Shown here in pieces: positions 46,611 to 49,221 of a stretch of DNA of 49,221 nucleotides; the stretch's first letter is position 1, and each line of letters starts with the position of its first letter. The DNA is from a virus (taxonomy: Duplodnaviria; Caudoviricetes). Position numbers and translations under genes: made by a program. The notes below the pieces were generated by a model. That model made no database searches. It worked only from the letters and a program-made list of their open reading frames with translations, and was not told where the DNA came from. Where the stretch lies: IMG/VR virus record IMGVR_UViG_3300025288_000032, positions 1 through 49,221 of that record; one strand, written 5' to 3'.

Positions 46611-47060
46611 TCAATCGGCATCCGCGACCTGTGTAATGGTCCGCGCATCACGAGCATCGTTTCCTAAATTGATCGTGATACTCACACCGGGCGATTCGGC
46701 GGCTACCTCTCCCTTCGCTTCCAACCCGCTCCACTTTATGGTGGATTTTATCAGGTCGGCCTTGACGGCGGGGGGGACGATGGAATCGTGTATCAATAAC
46801 CACGAAGTCGTCAGCAACTCCTCAGCCTGAGCGCGTGCCTTGAGTCTGAACGTCAGACCCTTGTCCCGTATTTCGCCACGGTAGTGATCGACTTTCTTCA
46901 AAAACACCGGGTCGGCGCTATACACGACGATATCGCTAGCACTGATACGGTGCCGCTCGACAATTTCCTGGAGCGACTCACCACTGCCTTCGAGCGTAAG
47001 TGCCACGTCGAAAGCAAGCCTGTCATTCCACTTCGTGTGGTTCAGAGGCATGTTATCCAT
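46611..47060 (-). CDS. Putative terminase small subunit
   Basis: Directly upstream of terL; helical with C-terminal VSITINLG; start revised to ATG 47060. Confidence 0.65.
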   Translation of the reverse strand: MDNMPLNHTKWNDRLAFDVALTLEGSGESLQEIVERHRISASDIVVYSADPVFLKKVDHYRGEIRDKGLTFRLKARAQAEELLTTSWLLIHDSIVPPAVKADLIKSTIKWSGLEAKGEVAAESPGVSITINLGNDARDARTITQVADAD

Positions 47061-47066
47061 GATAAA

Positions 47067-47097
47067 ACTATAGCACAACGGGGCGCGCCGTTGTCAA
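47067..47097 (-). promoter_or_regulatory. Putative late-arm promoter (extended -10)
   Basis: TTGACA-19 nt-TATAGT with TGc extension. Confidence 0.55.
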
Positions 47098-47119
47098 GGG
47101 GGACTTTTGGGCTTCACCA

Positions 47120-47485
47120 TTGGCCGTTGGCATATTTCGTGGTTATTATATTGGCATATTTTTTGATTACGCCGTTGGCATATTTTTGGATTACGCCGTT
47201 GACATATTTTTGGATTACACCGTTGGCATATTTTTGGATTACGCCGTTGGCATATTGGCATATTTCGTGGTTAGCATATTGGCATATTTTTGGATTACGC
47301 CGTTGACATATTTTTGGATTACGCTGTTGACATATTGGCATATTTTTGGATTACGCCGTTGGCATATTTTTGGATTACGCCGTTGGCATATTTCGTGGTT
47401 AGCATATTGGCATATTTTTGGATTACACCGTTGACATATTTTTGGATTACTCCGTTGGCATATTGGCATATTTACATATTTCGTA
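47120..47485. repeat. Tandem 24-bp/8-bp repeat array (ggcatatttttggattacgccgtt)
   Basis: About 11 units interleaved with variants; core TTGGCATA/TTGACATA/TTAGCATA; no unique spacers. Confidence 0.93.
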
Positions 47486-47578
47486 ATTTTGGATTTTTGG
47501 ATCTCGGTTTATGAGGCTTACTACACTTACCGGGGGCCTCGTTTTTTCAAATCCATGTACCCCCCCCACCTGCCTATA

Positions 47579-47703
47579 CGCCGTTGGCATATCGCGCAGA
47601 CAACGCCGTTGGCATATCAAACAGATAATGCCGTTAGCATATCAAACAGATAATGCCGTTGGCATATCAAACAGATAATGCCATTGTCATATCGCGCAGA
47701 TAA
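47579..47703. repeat. Five 25-bp tandem repeats (ygccgttggcatatcaaacagataa)
   Basis: Seen directly; shares gccgttggcatat with the 24-bp array. Confidence 0.92.
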
Positions 47704-47731
47704 AAAAATGCCCGCGCCGAAGCGCGGGCAT
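47702..47731 (-). terminator. Intrinsic terminator after 47739..48038
   Basis: Minus strand atgcccgcgc-ttcg-gcgcgggcattttttt. Confidence 0.88.
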
Positions 47732-47738
47732 CAAGCTC

Positions 47739-48038
47739 TCAAGCCAACTTCGTGACACTGGCCTTTCGGCCGCCGGGCGCCGAAGCGCCCTTTGGCAGGA
47801 CAGCCAGATATGGCTGTCCGAACCGGTTGACCAGCAGCACAGATTCTGTACCGCTCGGTGCCTTAAACAACGAATACTTGTTCACCGAAAGGTGCAGTTT
47901 TTGCGACAACTTCTGAAGACACTCGCGAAGCTCTTGCGCGTTTTCCGAAGAAAACGCCCCATTCTCGTCCTTACGAAGGGAAATTTCTCCCTTCGTATTC
48001 TTCACCACAGAGACACGCCCTTCGAAAATCTTAGTCAT
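47739..48038 (-). CDS. Hypothetical basic protein
   Basis: AGGAG RBS; has its own terminator. Confidence 0.8.
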   Translation of the reverse strand: MTKIFEGRVSVVKNTKGEISLRKDENGAFSSENAQELRECLQKLSQKLHLSVNKYSLFKAPSGTESVLLVNRFGQPYLAVLPKGASAPGGRKASVTKLA

Positions 48039-48097
48039 GATTCACTCCTGAAAGAGCGGCACATGCCGCAATCACAGACTTGCACGCCAACGCGAAA

Positions 48098-48212
48098 ACG
48101 CCAAGCAGCGCCAAGCAACGCCAGCAGCGCCAAGCAACGCCAGCAGTACCAGCAGCGCCAGCAGTACCAGCAGTACCAGCAGTACCAGCAGTACCAGCAG
48201 CACCAGCAGCAC
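48098..48212. repeat. 9-bp low-complexity tandem repeat (ccagcagta and variants)
   Basis: Seen directly. Confidence 0.88.
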
Positions 48213-48812
48213 CCTTCTAACAAGACCTGCGGGGGGGTTGTTGCTAAAAACTCCATACGTCGGGGGCTTATGGCTCCTACACGCCCTTCGTACAGCCTCT
48301 CCATAGTCCCATAGCCACCTAAGCCTTAAAACCTCGCCACGAGGCTGTATTGGCCAGCAATGGGCATATCTCTGCTACCACAAAGGCTATCTACAGCCCC
48401 ATTATGGCCGTTTCACGGCTGTTCCACGGGCTTAGGAGGCGCGAACGGGCCGAAAAGGTATCCCTATAGCTACCCAAGGGCGAAAATCGCGCCACGGGGC
48501 TGTATTGCCCAGCACGGGGCATGCCGCTTTTACCGCAACTACATTGCCAATAGTCAAGGAATCGAGGCTCGCAAGTGCTTGATTCCAAACAACAATCGAA
48601 AATAATCACGAAAAATCACTGAAAAACCTTACGCCGTTTCGCGGTTTTGATTAAATTACTTTACAGTACAATGTCATAGAAATTTGCGGAAATTCGTTTG
48701 CAATCAACCACATCCCCCTGAAAAGGGCCCTAGGCTAAAAACTAAGAATAATATATATATATATAGTAAACATACTTTTTTTTAATAAGACACGTGGCGT
48801 AGACCAAAAAAT

Positions 48813-48846
48813 TATGACATTGTCATATTTTTATGACAGTGTCATA
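48813..48846. promoter_or_regulatory. Two tandem perfect palindromes TATGACA-N-TGTCATA (operator-like)
   Basis: 48813-48827 and 48832-48846, within an AT-rich non-coding region. Confidence 0.65.
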
Positions 48847-49221
48847 TGTAAAATATTATACTCTATACCAAACAGCAGTGTTAATCGCAAAAAACCACGA
48901 TTTTTTATATTATTTACCCCATTTTTACCCCTATCCCTCTTAAAAATCAACCACTTAAAACAATCTATTTATGACAAATGGTGCATAGTTTCAAAGGCTT
49001 CAAAATGCCCTTTCTTACGCGTTTTTTGATTCTTTTCTACGTACTTTACACCTGGTTCGCAGCCTCGCTATGCCATTGGCATCCCCACAAAATCACTAAC
49101 TTGACACTGTAACTTAACGCAAAAAACTATAAAACTAGCGCTGTTTCTGGGAAAGCGCCGGCCGACTTGACATTTTTGCCGCCGCGCCGCAGCCTGTTGC
49201 TGCCATCCCGGCACCCTTTGA

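Larger units (their letters stand above)
1..49221. mobile_element. Tailed dsDNA bacteriophage genome (podovirus-like), near-complete; free phage versus prophage cannot be determined
   Basis: Terminase, portal, scaffold, capsid, tail, lysis and replication genes in two convergent arms. No tape measure or sheath recognised; ejection-type proteins present; no host genes or integrase seen. Confidence 0.93.

Noticed and set aside
47114-47514. Repetitive ORFs in several frames (e.g. QKYANGVI, FWITPLAY)
   Set aside because: By-products of the DNA repeat; no RBS and open on both strands.
47120-47703. CRISPR array (tempting given the Cas4-like nuclease)
   Set aside because: Repeats are contiguous with no unique spacers, and no cas operon is present. 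The nuclease sits in an ordinary replication module.
47892-48314. Gln-rich + strand ORF and Cys/Trp-rich - strand ORF (48035..48304)
   Set aside because: Translations of the 9-bp repeat; no independent coding evidence.
49099-49200. Rightward sigma70 promoters at two ACTTGACA sites
   Set aside because: No well-spaced -10 element (the nearest TATAAA is 21 nt away) and the downstream gene is outside the window.

Overview
The whole window reads as a near-complete tailed dsDNA phage genome with podovirus-like architecture. No host housekeeping genes, integrase, RNA polymerase, tRNA, rRNA or CRISPR array were recognised. The + strand arm (1-14936) carries a 5'-truncated VWA-domain gene, a chain of 11 small divergent paralog-like ORFs, other small early genes, and a replication module (family A DNA polymerase, Cas4-like PD-(D/E)XK nuclease, VRR-NUC, SNF2-type helicase, probable ssDNA-binding protein, HTH, primase-helicase). 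The - strand arm (48038-14917) carries terminase, portal, scaffold, major capsid, adaptor/nozzle and tail fibre genes, a four-part lysis cassette and three ejection-type proteins, including a 2668-aa giant. Positions 47120-49221 are mostly non-coding, with iteron-like repeats and tandem palindromes. The most striking observations are the translationally chained array of ~70-aa MK(I/V) genes behind the VWA gene, a small gene with a perfect Shine-Dalgarno nested out of frame inside the giant protein gene, and the control region. All product calls come from motif recognition and gene order; no database searches were run.
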